A stretch of 64,000 nucleotides of DNA from Anaeramoeba ignava BMAN (Eukaryota > Protista > Anaeramoebae): assembly GCA_028826165.1 (NCBI GenBank), contig JAPDFW010000055.1:310001-374000 (forward strand), read 5' to 3'. Positions 1-12,328 of the stretch are shown piece by piece. The position numbers were made by a program, and so were the translations under genes. The notes below the pieces were generated by a model that was not told the DNA's origin, made no database searches, and saw nothing but the letters and a program-made list of their open reading frames with translations. Each line of letters begins with the position of its first letter. Position 1 is the stretch's first letter.

Positions 1-87
1 AAAAAGAAGTAAATTAATTAAAATAAATTAAATTAAATTAAAAGTTGATTAAAAATTTTTTCTTTCTTTTCTTTTTTTTTTTGTTAG

Positions 88-243
88 AAATTCGCTAAAA
101 AAGCTAAAAAAGAAAAAGAAAAATATCTTCAAGAACTTAAAGCTTTTAATGAAAAAAAACTTAAAATGTTTGATTCTACTTCTGGTGATGATTCTAATCT
201 TGATGAATATTTTGAAACTTCTTCTGAAGAAGATTCTAATTAA
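88..243 (+). CDS. Last exon of a probable HMG-box protein (gene starts upstream of window)
   Basis: After ttgttAG (86-87) reads KFAKKAKKEKEKYLQELKAFNEK...acidic tail, TAA 241-243; resembles HMG-box helix 3. Confidence 0.5.
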   Translation, partial: KFAKKAKKEKEKYLQELKAFNEKKLKMFDSTSGDDSNLDEYFETSSEEDSN

Positions 244-405
244 AGAAAAAGAAAAAATTTTTATTCATTAATTCAATTTAGGAATTGTTTGCTTTTTTTT
301 TTTCACTTAACCAAAAAAAAATTTATTCAATTTGATCGTCCACTTTTTTTTTTTCTTCTTTTAATAATAATAAAAAAAAAGCAAAAAAAAAAAGTTTTGT
401 TATTT

Positions 406-3400
406 TTATTTCTTCAATTTTTTTAAATTATCAAATAATAAAGAATTTTCATTCATTTGATAATATTCAATAAAATTTTCCAATTCATTAATTATTTCAG
501 AACTCAATGATTCATCCAATTTATCAAAATAAAGAAACTTCAAAAAACTTGATATTGCATCGCTTGAACTACCAAGATAATCAGAAACACTATTTGATTT
601 ATCATCCACAGAAAGAAACATTCCACGAAATAAACCAGTTCTTGCAAAAAGTATAAACTTATGAACTTTAAATTTTTTTTCTTCAACAACAATTACAAAA
701 TCCTTTGTTTCATCTTCAAAATACAATTCTTGTAAATTTGGAATAACACCATTTCTTCCTTTATTTCTTTTAATCCAATCTTTTGCCAATCCAAGTTCTT
801 TTACCTGTTCTTTCAAAATTCCTCTATTTTTTTCTTCAATAATTCCCGAATAAAGAAAACTAAAAAATATTTTTGCCAGTTCAACTTTTTTAAATTTGAA
901 AAAGTTTATTATTCGAAATAATTCTTGAACACCGCCAATTTTTTTCTGAATTAAACATTGAATAATCCCAATTTTCCCATCAGAGCATTGAATAGTAAGG
1001 TCTGTGAGTTCTTGTTGTTCGAAAAGGTTTTTCATTTCTTCCAATATGCATTTTTGTTGTAGAAATAATTTATGGATCTCTGGATTAGTAGTTAAATTAA
1101 TTGGAAGTAAGCCCTAAATATTGAATCAAGAGTATTTATATTTTAAATATTTTAAATATTTTTATATTTTTTGAGAATTAATTTACTTTCTAAATTTGAT
1201 TATTTAAAATTAATGTTGTTTAAAAAATTTTCATTTCATTTTTTTCTTTACCTTTGTTCTTGCTAAAAAATCTGCTCCTAATTCTATTAAAAGATGAACA
1301 ATTTTTGGATCATTTTTATATTGGCAAGCACAATGCAAAGGAGTAAGTTTCTATCAATAATTTTAAAGTATTTTAATAAGTTTTGCAAAAGGAAAAGAAA
1401 TATTTTTTTTGTTCTTCTTTTTTTTTGTTTACCCACTTTAATTTATTAATCAAAAAAAATGGAATAAATTTGGAATGAATTACCAATTATGGAATAATTA
1501 TTACTCCCTATTAATAAATCAAATAAATTCTCAATTAATCTATATATGAATAATTTGAAATGAATTTGAGATTAACAGTTTTTGCATGAATATTTGCTCC
1601 ATTTTCAATTAAAAGTTTTACAACTTCAAATCCTGATTTATAAATGCATGCATAATGCAATGGAGTATTGTTCTTAAATAGATTTAAATAAATAATAATA
1701 ATAATAATTCACTTAAATATTTTAATTTGTCTTTTATTTATTTTGATAAATTAAAATACATACTAAAAAAATTATTTATAAAAATTCAACAAATTTTTAA
1801 TCAAATATTTAATTAAATTTTTAATCAAATTTTTAATCAAATTTTTAATTAAATTTTTAATCAAATTTTTAATCAATTTTTAATTAAATTTTTAATTAAA
1901 TATTTAATCAAATTTTTAATTAAATTTTTAATCAAATTTTTAATCAAATTTTTAATCAAATTTTTAATTAAATATTTAATCAAATTTTTAATAAATTTTT
2001 AATCAAATTTTTAATCAAATTTTTAATCAAATTTTTAATCAAATTTTTAATCAAATTTTTAATCAAATTTTTAATCAAATTTTTAATCAAATTTTTAATC
2101 AAATTTTTAATCAAATTTTTAATCAAATTTTTAATCAAATTTTTAATAAATTTTTAATCAAATTTTTAATTAAATTTTTAATCAAATTTATAATCAAATT
2201 TTTAATCAAATTTTTAATCAAATATTTACTTTCTAAATTAAATTAAATTAAATTAAATTAAAAATTTGATTTGAGGAAATTTTGAGGTTTATTCACAGCT
2301 GGTAAATTAATTTCCGCACCTGCTTCAATAAACAATTTAATTATTTTTGGTGAAGCTTGATGTATACATGCAAAATGAAAAGGTGTATAATTCTTAAAAT
2401 GATATTTAGTTTTTTTTTTGGATATTTAGAAAAAAAAATTTTTTAAATTTACGAACTATTTTGGGATTTTTTTTAACAGGGAATAAAAATGGTATTTTAT
2501 TTTTGAATTTTTACATCCTAAAATTTAATTTTTGAATATAAAATATAAATATAAATATTAAATATTGAATATTGAATATTGAATATAAATATTGGATATT
2601 AAATATTAAATATTGAATATTGAATATTGAATATTGAATATTGAATATTGGATATTAAATATTAAATATTGAATATTGGATATTGAATATTAAATATTAA
2701 ATATTAAATATTGAATATTGGATATTGAATATTGAATATTAAATATTAATATTGAATATTAAATATTGGATATTGGATATTAGATATTAAATATTGGATA
2801 TTGAATATTTGATATTGGATATTAAATATTAAATATGAATATTGGATATTAAATATAAATATTAAATATTGAATATTGAATATAAATATTGAATATTGGA
2901 TATTGGATATTAAATATTAAATATTGGATATTAATTTTTGAATATTGAATATTGAATATTGGATATTGGATATTAAATATTAAATATTAAATATTAAATA
3001 TTGAATATTGGATATTGAATATGCAATTTTTACACTCTAAAATTTAATTTTTGAATATTGAATATTGATTTTGATTTTGAATATTGATTTTGATTTTGAT
3101 TTTGATTTTGATTTTGATTTTGATGATTTTGATTTTGATTTTGATTTTGATTTTGATTTTGATTTTGATTTTGATTTTGATTTTGGATTTGAATTTGATA
3201 TTGAATATTGATTTTGAATTTGATTTTGATTTTGAATATTGATTTTGATTTTGATTTTGATTTTGATTTTTAATTTTGATTTTGATTTTGATTTTGATTT
3301 TGATTTTGATTTTGATTTTGAATTTTGATTTTGATTTTGAATTTGATTTTGATTTTGATTTTGATTTTGATTTTGATTTTGATTTTGATTTTGATTTGAT

Positions 3401-4253
3401 TTTGATTTTGATTTTTGATTTTGATTTTGATTTTGATTTTGAATATTGTTTTGATATTGATTTAGATTTTGATTTTGGATTTTGATTTTTGATTTTGATT
3501 TTGATTTTGATTTTGAATTTGAATTTGATTTTGATTTTGATTTTGAATTTGAATTGGATATTGATATTGATTTTGATTTTGATTTTGATTTTGATTTTGA
3601 TTTGAATTTTTTTTGATTTTTGAATTTTGATTTTTACCATTTTAATATTCACATCTGCACCTTTCAGAATTAGAAATGCAGAAATATCATCACTAGAATA
3701 ACCCTCCATTGCATAATGAAGAGGAGAATAACCCTAAATTAAAACAAAATTCCAAATTTAAAAAAAATTTCAAATTTAATTTCAAAAAAAAAATTTACTA
3801 ACTTTTAAATCCAAAAAAAACAACATTTTAGAACATTTCAAAAAAAAAGAAATTCAATAAATTGATTACTGGCTAAAAAAAAAGCAGATGAGTATTATTT
3901 CTAATGAATAAAATTGATTTTAATTTTGAAAATATTTTACTGATTTTTCATTTATATCTGCTCCTTTTTCAACAAGTAATTTTACAATATCAAGATTTGT
4001 ATGAAATAATATTGCTGCATGTAATGGAGATAAACCCTGTTTTTGTTTCGTTTTTTTTTCCTTATTTTAATTTTTCATTCAATTTTTTTTTGTTTTTTCT
4101 TTTACTAACTAAATTTAATTTTTTTTTTAAAATTTTTTTTTTTTTTTTTATTTGATAATTTACAGATCTAGTTCGTAAAGATTCAGTTTCAAGTGCTTCT
4201 AAAACACCTTCATAATTATTTTCTTCAATTTTTTTAAATAACAAAGAAGACAT
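406..4253 (-). CDS. Ankyrin-repeat + BTB/POZ protein A, 18 exons including 11 single-codon microexons
   Basis: Exons in transcript order: 4253-4164; [4108-4106 L]; 4036-3941; [3872-3870 P][3801-3799 L]; 3733-3638; [3036-3034 S][2517-2515 D][2455-2453 F]; 2392-2297; [2232-2230 K][1762-1760 Y]; 1672-1577; [1507-1505 G][1435-1433 W]; 1350-1252; [1189-1187 K]; 1113-406. All introns GT-AG, phase 0. Main exons read [40 protein letters not shown]. The last exon carries BTB ([29 protein letters not shown]). Confidence 0.85.
1790..2222. repeat. Intronic 12-nt satellite (TTTTTAATCAAA)n
   Basis: Visible tandem array between microexons K (2230) and Y (1760). Confidence 0.9.
2540..3630. repeat. Intronic satellites (AATATTG)n-like and (GATTTT)n
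   Basis: Two arrays separated by the Ser microexon cassette at 3030-3060. Confidence 0.85.
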
Positions 4254-4284
4254 TTTGAGGAAAAAAATGAAAAATTTTAATCCA

Positions 4285-5765
4285 ACTTATAATAAAAATT
4301 AAAATAAAACTTAAAATAAAAATTATAATAAAAATTATTAATAAAAATTATAATAAAAATTGGAATAAAACTTATAATAAAAATTGGAATAAAAATTATA
4401 ATAAAACTTATAATAAAAATTAGAATAAAAATTATAATAAAAATTATAATAAAAATTATAATAAAAATTATAATAATAAAAAAATTATAATAAAAATTAT
4501 AATAAAAATTATAATAAAAACTTAGAATAAAAATTATAATAAAAATTATAATAAAAATTATAATAAAAATTATAATAAAAATTATAATAAAAATTATAAT
4601 AAAAATTGGAATAAAAATTAAAATAAAAAATGTAATAAAAATTATAATAAAAATTAAAAATAAAAATGGAATAAAAATTAGAATAAAAATTAAAATAAAA
4701 ATTATAATAAAAATTATAATAAAAAATTAAAATAAAAATTATAATAAAAATTGGAATAAAAATTATAATAAAAATTGAATAAAAATTGAATAAAAAAGTG
4801 GAATAAAAATTGGAATAAAAATTAAAAATAAAAATTGAAATAAAAATTATAATAAAAATTGTAATAAAAATTATAATAAAAATTGAATAAAAATTATAAT
4901 AAAAATTATAATAAAAATGAAAAAATTATAATAAAAATTATAATAAAAAGTGGAATAAAAATTATAATAAAAATTATAATAAAAATTGGAATAAAAATTG
5001 GAATAAAAATTGGAATAAAAATTATAATAAAAATTATAATAAAAATTATAAAAATAAAAAAATAATAAAAATTATATAATAAAAATTATAATAAAAATTA
5101 TAATAAAAATTTATAATAAAAATTAAAATAAAAATTAAAATAAAAATTATAATAAAAATTATAATAAAAATTATAATAAAAATTATAATAAAAATTATAA
5201 TAAAATTCTCTATAATAAAAAATTGAATAAAAATTAAAATAAAAAGTGGAATAAAAATTAAAATAAAAATTATAATAAAAATTGGAATAAAAAATTATAA
5301 TAAAAATTGAATAAAAATTGGAATAAAAATTTAATAATAAAAATTGAATAAAAATTATAATAAAAATTATAATAAAAATTATAATAAAAATTATAATAAA
5401 AATTGGAATAAAAATTATAATAAAAATTGAATAAAAATTATAATAAAAATTAATAATAAAAATTATAATAAAAAGTGGAATAAAAATTATAATAAAAATT
5501 ATAATAAAAATTATAATAAAAATTGGAATAATAATTATAATAAAAATAGGAATAAAAATTAAAATAAAAATTATTTATAAAATTATTAATAAAAATTATA
5601 ATAAAAATTGGAATAAAATTATAATAAAAATTGGAATAAAAATTATAATAAAAATTAGAATAAAAATTATAATAAAAATTATAATAAAAATTAAAATAAA
5701 AATTATAATAAAAATTATAATAAAAATTAAAATAAAAATTATAATAAAAATTATAATAAAAATTG
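4285..5765. repeat. Intergenic 12-nt satellite (ATAATAAAAATT)n
   Basis: Degenerate tandem array. Confidence 0.9.
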
Positions 5766-5811
5766 TAATAAATTTTTGGGAATTTTTGAAATTTTATTTT
5801 AAAAAGAAAAA

Positions 5812-6704
5812 TCAAAGAATTTTTGATAACCAATTCAAAACATCATCAATAACTTGTTCTGAAATTCCATGAGGGAGATTTTTATAAACATTAAATTTGA
5901 CGTCAAGATCATTTGCTTGAAGAAATTTTGCGGATCTTTCAGCCCAATTAAGAGGAATTAAAGAATCAGAATCACCATGACAAATAATAAAAGGAGTTTC
6001 TTTATTATTTTCAAGAATTTCTTGAGGTTTTTCTTTGGAAACTGGAACAAAACAACTTAAACCAATAACGCCATCCAATTTGACTTTTGTTAAAAATAAC
6101 GCTGTATATAAAGCAATTACTCCTCCTTGTGAAAATCCTCCTATTATTATCTTCTTTGACTTTGACACTTCTTCCTCAATTAATTTGTTTAAAATTTCAG
6201 ATGACTTTTTGATTCCATCATCGTCTCTTTTTGATGTTTCAGAAAACCCGTAAATGTCAAACCATGCTGGCATTTCCATCCCCATATTAGCTGTCACTGC
6301 CCGAGTTGGTGCTGTTGGTAATATTACTTTGGTTTTAGGAAATTTTTCGGTAATTATGTTAGCTACATCAACCCATCCTTTTCCAGTATCTAAATATTTA
6401 AAAATTAATATTAAATTTAAAATTAAATTTAAAATTAAAAATCAAATTTAAAATTAAAATTAAAATTAAAATTAAAATTAAAATTAAAATTAAAATTAAA
6501 TTTAAAATTAAATTTAAAATTAAAATTAAAATTAAAATCAAAATTAAATTTAAATTTAAAATTAAAATTAAATTTAAAATTAAAATTAAAATTAAAATCA
6601 AATTTAAAATTAAATTTAAAATTAAACTAACCGCCAAGACCATGAAGAATAAATATTGTAGAATCTGCTTTTTCTTTGTTTTCAATTGTAATTGGAGAAG
6701 ACAT
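5812..6704 (-). CDS. Acyl-protein thioesterase / lysophospholipase (APT1/LYPLA family)
   Basis: Exons 6704-6632 and 6389-5812; motifs ILHGLGDTG, PTAP, MPAWFDI, GGFSQGG, HGDSD, H in LPHG. Confidence 0.9.
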
Positions 6705-6809
6705 AAAAATGAAAAAAAAATGAAAAAAAAAAATTAAAAAATTTTTTCAAAATCTATTTTTTATTCTTCTTCTTCTTCTTCTTTAATTTTAATTTTAGTT
6801 TTTATTTGA

Positions 6810-8268
6810 ATGGGATTAAATCAATCAACTCATAAAACAATTACAGCAAATCAAACTAAAGAATACTTTAAATCAATTAACGATTCAGATGAACCATTTT
6901 TAATTATCAATGAAAATCAAAATTATCAATTTCTTTCAAAGAAAATATTAAAACTTTTTCACACAAATAAAAAATCTTTTGAAAAAACCCCCCTTTTAGA
7001 TCTTGTCTCTATTTCTCATTCTAAAGACAATATTTCCAAAGAATCGATAATTCAAAAAATTAATTCAGATTTACCATTGTAATCCTTATTTATTTATTTA
7101 TTTATAAAATTATTAATAAAATTATTTATAAAATTGATTATAAAATTAAATATAAAATTATTTATTAAATTATTTATAAAATTGATTATAAAATTATTTA
7201 TAAAATTATTTATTAAATTAAATGTAAAAAATGAATAAAAAGTGGAATAAAAAGTGAAATAAAAAGTGGAATAAAATTATTAATAAAATTAAATATAAAA
7301 TTATTATTAAATTATTTATAAAATTATTAATAAAATTATTAATAAAATTATTTATTAAATTATTTATTAAATTATTTATTAAATTATTTATAAAATTATT
7401 TATAAAATTATTAATAAAATTATTTATAAAATTATTTATAAAATTATTTATTAAATTATTTATTAAATTATTTATTAAAATTTTAGGAGTCAAACAGGCT
7501 TCATCGAATTGGAAATAGAATTCCAAAATTTTAAAAAATCTTTCTTTTGGGTTCATGTATGTAAAAAATAAAAAATAGAATTTTTAATAAATAATTAATA
7601 AAAACAAAATTTTCTTTCATTCAAATTTCAAGTGTTGGATCTCATCAATTAATTTAGATAATAAATTTTGTTTGCAAATTTTAATGAATCAAGTTGAACA
7701 TCCAAATTTCAAAATAATTGATCTTGGACCAACAATGTTACTTATCCAAAAAGATCACACAACAAAAGCAGTAAATAAACAAGTAACCACTTTTTTTGAT
7801 TTGGATTCAAATACTTCAGATTCTTCAACTACAGATTCAGAAGCTCCATATAAATCAATAAAAAGTGTGGAACAATTTCTTAGTTTTTATCTTGAATTTA
7901 AATCAGAAAAGTTTCAAGAAATCCAAAATAAAATTAAACCAATTTTACAAGAAATAAAACATGCTAAACAAAATGAAGCAACAAAAACTGCTTTAAATTC
8001 TTTGGAGAAAATTCAATCCATTTTTTCTGATTCTTTCCAAAAATCAAAACTTGAATTAAATGAAATTGCAACTCGAATGAATTTACTTCGTCAATCAGAT
8101 TTTCAACGTGATCAAGATTTACAAGATCGAATTCAAAAAATTGAAGGAAAAACACAAGTTTTAATGAATGAAAATAAAATGATTCTTCAAAGAATAATCC
8201 CAATAAAGAAATTTGTTGATTCATTGGATTTTTCTGATTTATTAAAAGAAAAAGAAAAAGAAAAATAA
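6810..8268 (+). CDS. PAS-like domain + coiled-coil protein with MG N-terminus
   Basis: Exons 6810-7078, 7487-7556, 7633-8268 join in frame; PAS-like FLIINENQNYQFLS..WVH-CWIS; same architecture as 20715-22457. Confidence 0.6.
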
Positions 8269-8381
8269 AAAAAAAAGTGGAATAAGAGAAAAAAAATTTT
8301 TTTCCTTTTTGGGAAAATTTTTTTGATTTAAAAATTAATTAAATTTCTTTGATTTTTGATTTTTGATTTTTGATTTAAAAA

Positions 8382-11300
8382 TTATTTCTTGGAAAGTAAA
8401 TCATTGAAATTGGAATTCATATTGAATTGATAATACTCAAAAGCTTCAGATAACTTTTCTTTTACTTGAGGACTAACTTCTTCTGGTAATTCATCAGTGT
8501 ATAAATAATAAAGTAAAGTTTGCAAAGACTCTTGAGAATTTTGAGAATAATCTGAAACTTGATTTGAATCATCTTCAACACTTTGAAACATTCCTGAAAA
8601 TAAACCAGAGCGAATCATAAGAATAATCTTATGAACTTTAATAGGTTTTTCCTCACAAATAATTGAGAAATCTTTTGTACTTTCATCTTCCATTAATTTT
8701 TTATAATCTTTTGATAATCCAAATCTTCCTAATTTTTGCTTCCAATTTTCTAATCCAATTTTTTTAGCTGTTTCTTCAATAAATTCTCGGTTTTTAAGTT
8801 CAGCTTTGCCAGAATAAACAAAATTAAGAAAAATATCGATATTTTTGGATTCTTCTTGATGGAAAATTTCAACCAATTTATCTGCTGATTCTTTTCCTAA
8901 TCGAGCATTTAAAATTAAACTATGAACTTTCACATTCGAATCAATGCATTGAATTTCAATATCAGTAACAAGTTTCTTCTTTAAAAATTCATCAAAATCA
9001 TTTTGATAACTTGTCCATTTTTCAAGATCTTCTGTTTTAACTTCAAGAGTTCTATAACCTCCATAATACTAATTAAATGGGAATTCAAGAAAAAATAATA
9101 TTTTTTTTTTGATTGTGTTTTTTCTTTTCTTATTCTTTTTGAAAATTTACAGTATCACTAGGTACATATTCATAATCAACTCCATAATAAACTAATTGTT
9201 CAGCAAGTTCTTTTTTTGTATATTTTGCCAAATAATACGGAGTTTGACTCTTGATTTTTTTTTTGATATTAATTATATTTATTTATTTATTATTTTAATT
9301 TGAATTTAAATTTGAATTTACAGACTAAAAATTAGAAAATTAACAAAATTAAATCTAATTTATATTTCAAAACAAAAAATCATTTTGCTTTTTACTTTCT
9401 AATTAATTTTATTTTCTAAATAAATAGTTTTTTTTTTATTTTCAAAATTCTTCAAATTTACATTAATTGTATCAAGATCATATCCATGTTTTGCAAAGAA
9501 AGGAACTACTAAAGGATTAGTTTTTTTTTCTTGGAAAAAAGAGTGAAAAGATAATGCCTAAAAAAAAAGCAAATAAATTTTTGGTTTCTTTTTTTTCTTT
9601 TTTTTTGGAATTATTAAAGATAAACTACATATTCATCAACTGCAAGAGCTGCCTTTAAATCTGCTCCTTTCTCAATAAAAAAATCAGCAACATCAAATAA
9701 ATTGTTTCTTAAAGCATATTCCAAAACTGAATGATTCTTTTGATAATTTAAAAAAAAAAGAATAAATTATAAGATCTTTTCTCTGAAAAATTTTATGTTT
9801 AAATTTTTTTTTAAAAAAAGAATACATTCTAAAAAAATAAAATTATTAAATGAATATAAGCTAATAATTATACAAATAAAAAATAATCTAATTTTTTACA
9901 TTCTAATAAATAATAAAAATATTTATAAATAAATCAATAGATTTAATAATTTTTTTTTTCAAAATACATTTTTGCAATTTAGATCACTTCCTTTATCAAT
10001 AAGAAATTTAACAACATCCAAAGAACAACTACCTATAACAGAAAGTAATAGTGGATTATCTCCCTAATAAAAATATTTAAATTAAAATATTAAATTTTTT
10101 TTCTTGACATTTTTTTCTTGAAATTTTTTTACTCCCTAAAAAAAAAAAGATTAAAATTGATTATGAAAAGAATTATTTTTTTTCTTAGAATAAAAAAGAT
10201 AATACTCTCTAAAAAAAAAAGTAAAATTAATCATTTCATTCTTTTTTTTTTTTCTTTATAATTATTTTTTTACAGTAATTTTATTAATTTCTGCTTTAGA
10301 ATTTATAAGAAACTCAATTGTTTGCAATTCATATTTATTTAAACAAGCATTCAATAAAGGAGTGTAATTCTAATTTTTACAAAGAATATTTAAAATAAGA
10401 TTATATGCTTTTTTTAATTGATTTTCATTAAACTTTGAATAAAAATAAATTACAGCCTAATTTTGATTTAATTTTAATTTAATTTTAATTTTAATTTAAT
10501 TTAATTTTAATTTTAATTTAATTTTGATTTAATTTTGATTTAATTTTAATTTAATTTTGATTTAATTTTGATTTAATTTTAATTTAATTTTGATTTAATT
10601 TTAATTTAATTTTAATTTAATTTTGATTTAATTTTGATTTAATTTTGATTTAATTTTGATTTAATTTTGATTTAATTTTGATTTAATTTTAATTTAATTT
10701 TAATTTAATTTTGATTTAATTTTAATTTAATTTTGATTTAATTTTGATTTAATTTTAATTTAATTTTGATTTAATTTTAATTTAATTTAATTTTAATTTA
10801 ATTTTAATTTTAATTTAATTTTGATTTAATTTTGATTTAATTTTGATTTTAATTTTGATTTAATTTTGATTTAATTTTGATTTAATTTTAATTTAATTTT
10901 GATTTAATTTTGATTTAATTTTAATTTTAATTTAATTTTGATTTAATTTTGATTTAATTTTGATTTAATTTTAATTTAATTTTGATTTAATTTTAATTTA
11001 ATTTTGATTTAATTTTAATTTTGATTTAATTTTGATTTAATTTTGATTTAATTTTAATTTAATTTTAATTTAATTTAATTTAATTTTAATTTAATTTAAT
11101 TTAATTTTATTTTGATTGTCTTATAAAAAATTACATCCTTTTTTCAAATTGGAATTAAATTATTTTGTTTTGTTTTCTTCTTCTTTTTTTTTTATAAATT
11201 AAATATTTACATCAGCAGAATTAATATCAGCACCAGATTCAACAAGTAATTTAATAACATCAAAACCTAATCTTTCTTCAAGTGCTAAATTTAATGGACT

Positions 11301-12189
11301 CACATCCTTATTTAAATTGAAAAAAAAACAAAGAATAATTTTAATTGAAAAGAAAATTTTATAAAAAAAAATTTACTCTCTTTTTTTTTTATTAAAATTA
11401 ATTTTGTTAATAATAATAATTAATAAATAAAGAAACGAATAAAAGAATTTACAATCTAATAATAAAATATAATAATTTGAATATTTGTTTTCAATTTGTT
11501 TTTTTAAATAAAAATTGTTTTTTTACTGATAATTCATTAACTTTTGCTCCGTTTTTTAAAAGAAATTCAATAATTTCTCGATCTCGATGTTTATGAATTG
11601 CAAGATGTAAAGGAGTAAAATACTAATTAGAATTAAATTTAATTTAATTTATTTTTAATTTAATTTTTGATTTAAATTTAAAAATTTAAAAAATAAATAC
11701 ATCCTAAAAAAAAAAGAAAGAAATTAATAAAATAAAATGAAAAAGAAAATGATTTAAATTCTACATTCTATTTTTAAAAAAAGAAAATAAATTTTTTAAT
11801 CATTTTAAAAAAGAAAAAAAAAATCCAAAAATAAATAATTTTTACATAAGTTTTTAAATTTGGATCTGCTCCTTGTTTTATTAACTTTTTTAAAACATCT
11901 AAACCCTTGTTTTCACTAATTGCTAAATGAAGTGCAGTGTTTCCCTTTTTATATTTTGATTATTTTCAATATAAAAAAATGAGAACTTTGATTATAAAAA
12001 AAAAAATTTACAAACTAAATAAAAAATTATTAATTAAAAAAAAAATTTCAATTTGGGAATAATTAAGTAAATTACTTCCTATTTTATTTTATAAGAAAAG
12101 AAAAATACAAAAAAAAAATTTAATTTAAATAATTCAAATATAAAAAATATATAAAAAAAACTCACGTTTTGTGAATTAATTTTCGACAT
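8382..12189 (-). CDS. Ankyrin-repeat + BTB/POZ protein B, 24 exons including 14 single-codon microexons
   Basis: Exons: 12189-12166 (MSKINSQN); [12078-76 E][12014-12 F]; 11944-11846; [11767-65 N][11703-01 D]; 11622-11527; [11455-53 I][11379-77 R]; 11306-11211; [11137-35 D][10456-54 A]; 10369-10274; [10208-06 R][10135-33 G]; 10063-9968; [9902-00 N][9828-26 N]; 9736-9629; 9557-9462; [9398-96 K][9324-22 S]; 9249-9151; 9068-8382 (tandem BTB). All GT-AG, phase 0. Confidence 0.87.
10459..11115. repeat. Intronic 11-nt satellite (ATTTAATTTTG/A)n
   Basis: Fills the 678-nt intron between microexons D (11135) and A (10454). Confidence 0.9.
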
Positions 12190-12328
12190 TTAAAATTTGA
12201 AAGAAGAAAAATGAAAAAAAATGAAAAAATTTTTTTGAATATTTTTTTTAACAAAAGAAAGAAAAAAAGAAGAAAGCAAAAAAAAGGAAGAAAAGAAAAA
12301 AAAAAAAGAAAAGAAAAGAAAAAAAAGT

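Noticed and set aside
1481-1490. Possible extra microexon at tac-caa-tt
   Set aside because: Has a donor-like GT on the minus strand but no AG three bases upstream, and the intron would be too short.
3044-3709. 221-aa KI/SK-rich ORF and similar low-complexity ORFs (5450, 14067, 35620, 40109, 52649, 53091)
   Set aside because: Read-through into microsatellites; only 3733-3638 is an exon.
4037-4062. Alternative in-frame acceptor adding EKKTKQKQ to the first ankyrin exon of gene A
   Set aside because: Would leave a 45-nt intron and break the 96-nt exon pattern; the acceptor at 4037-4038 is preferred but the alternative is not excluded.
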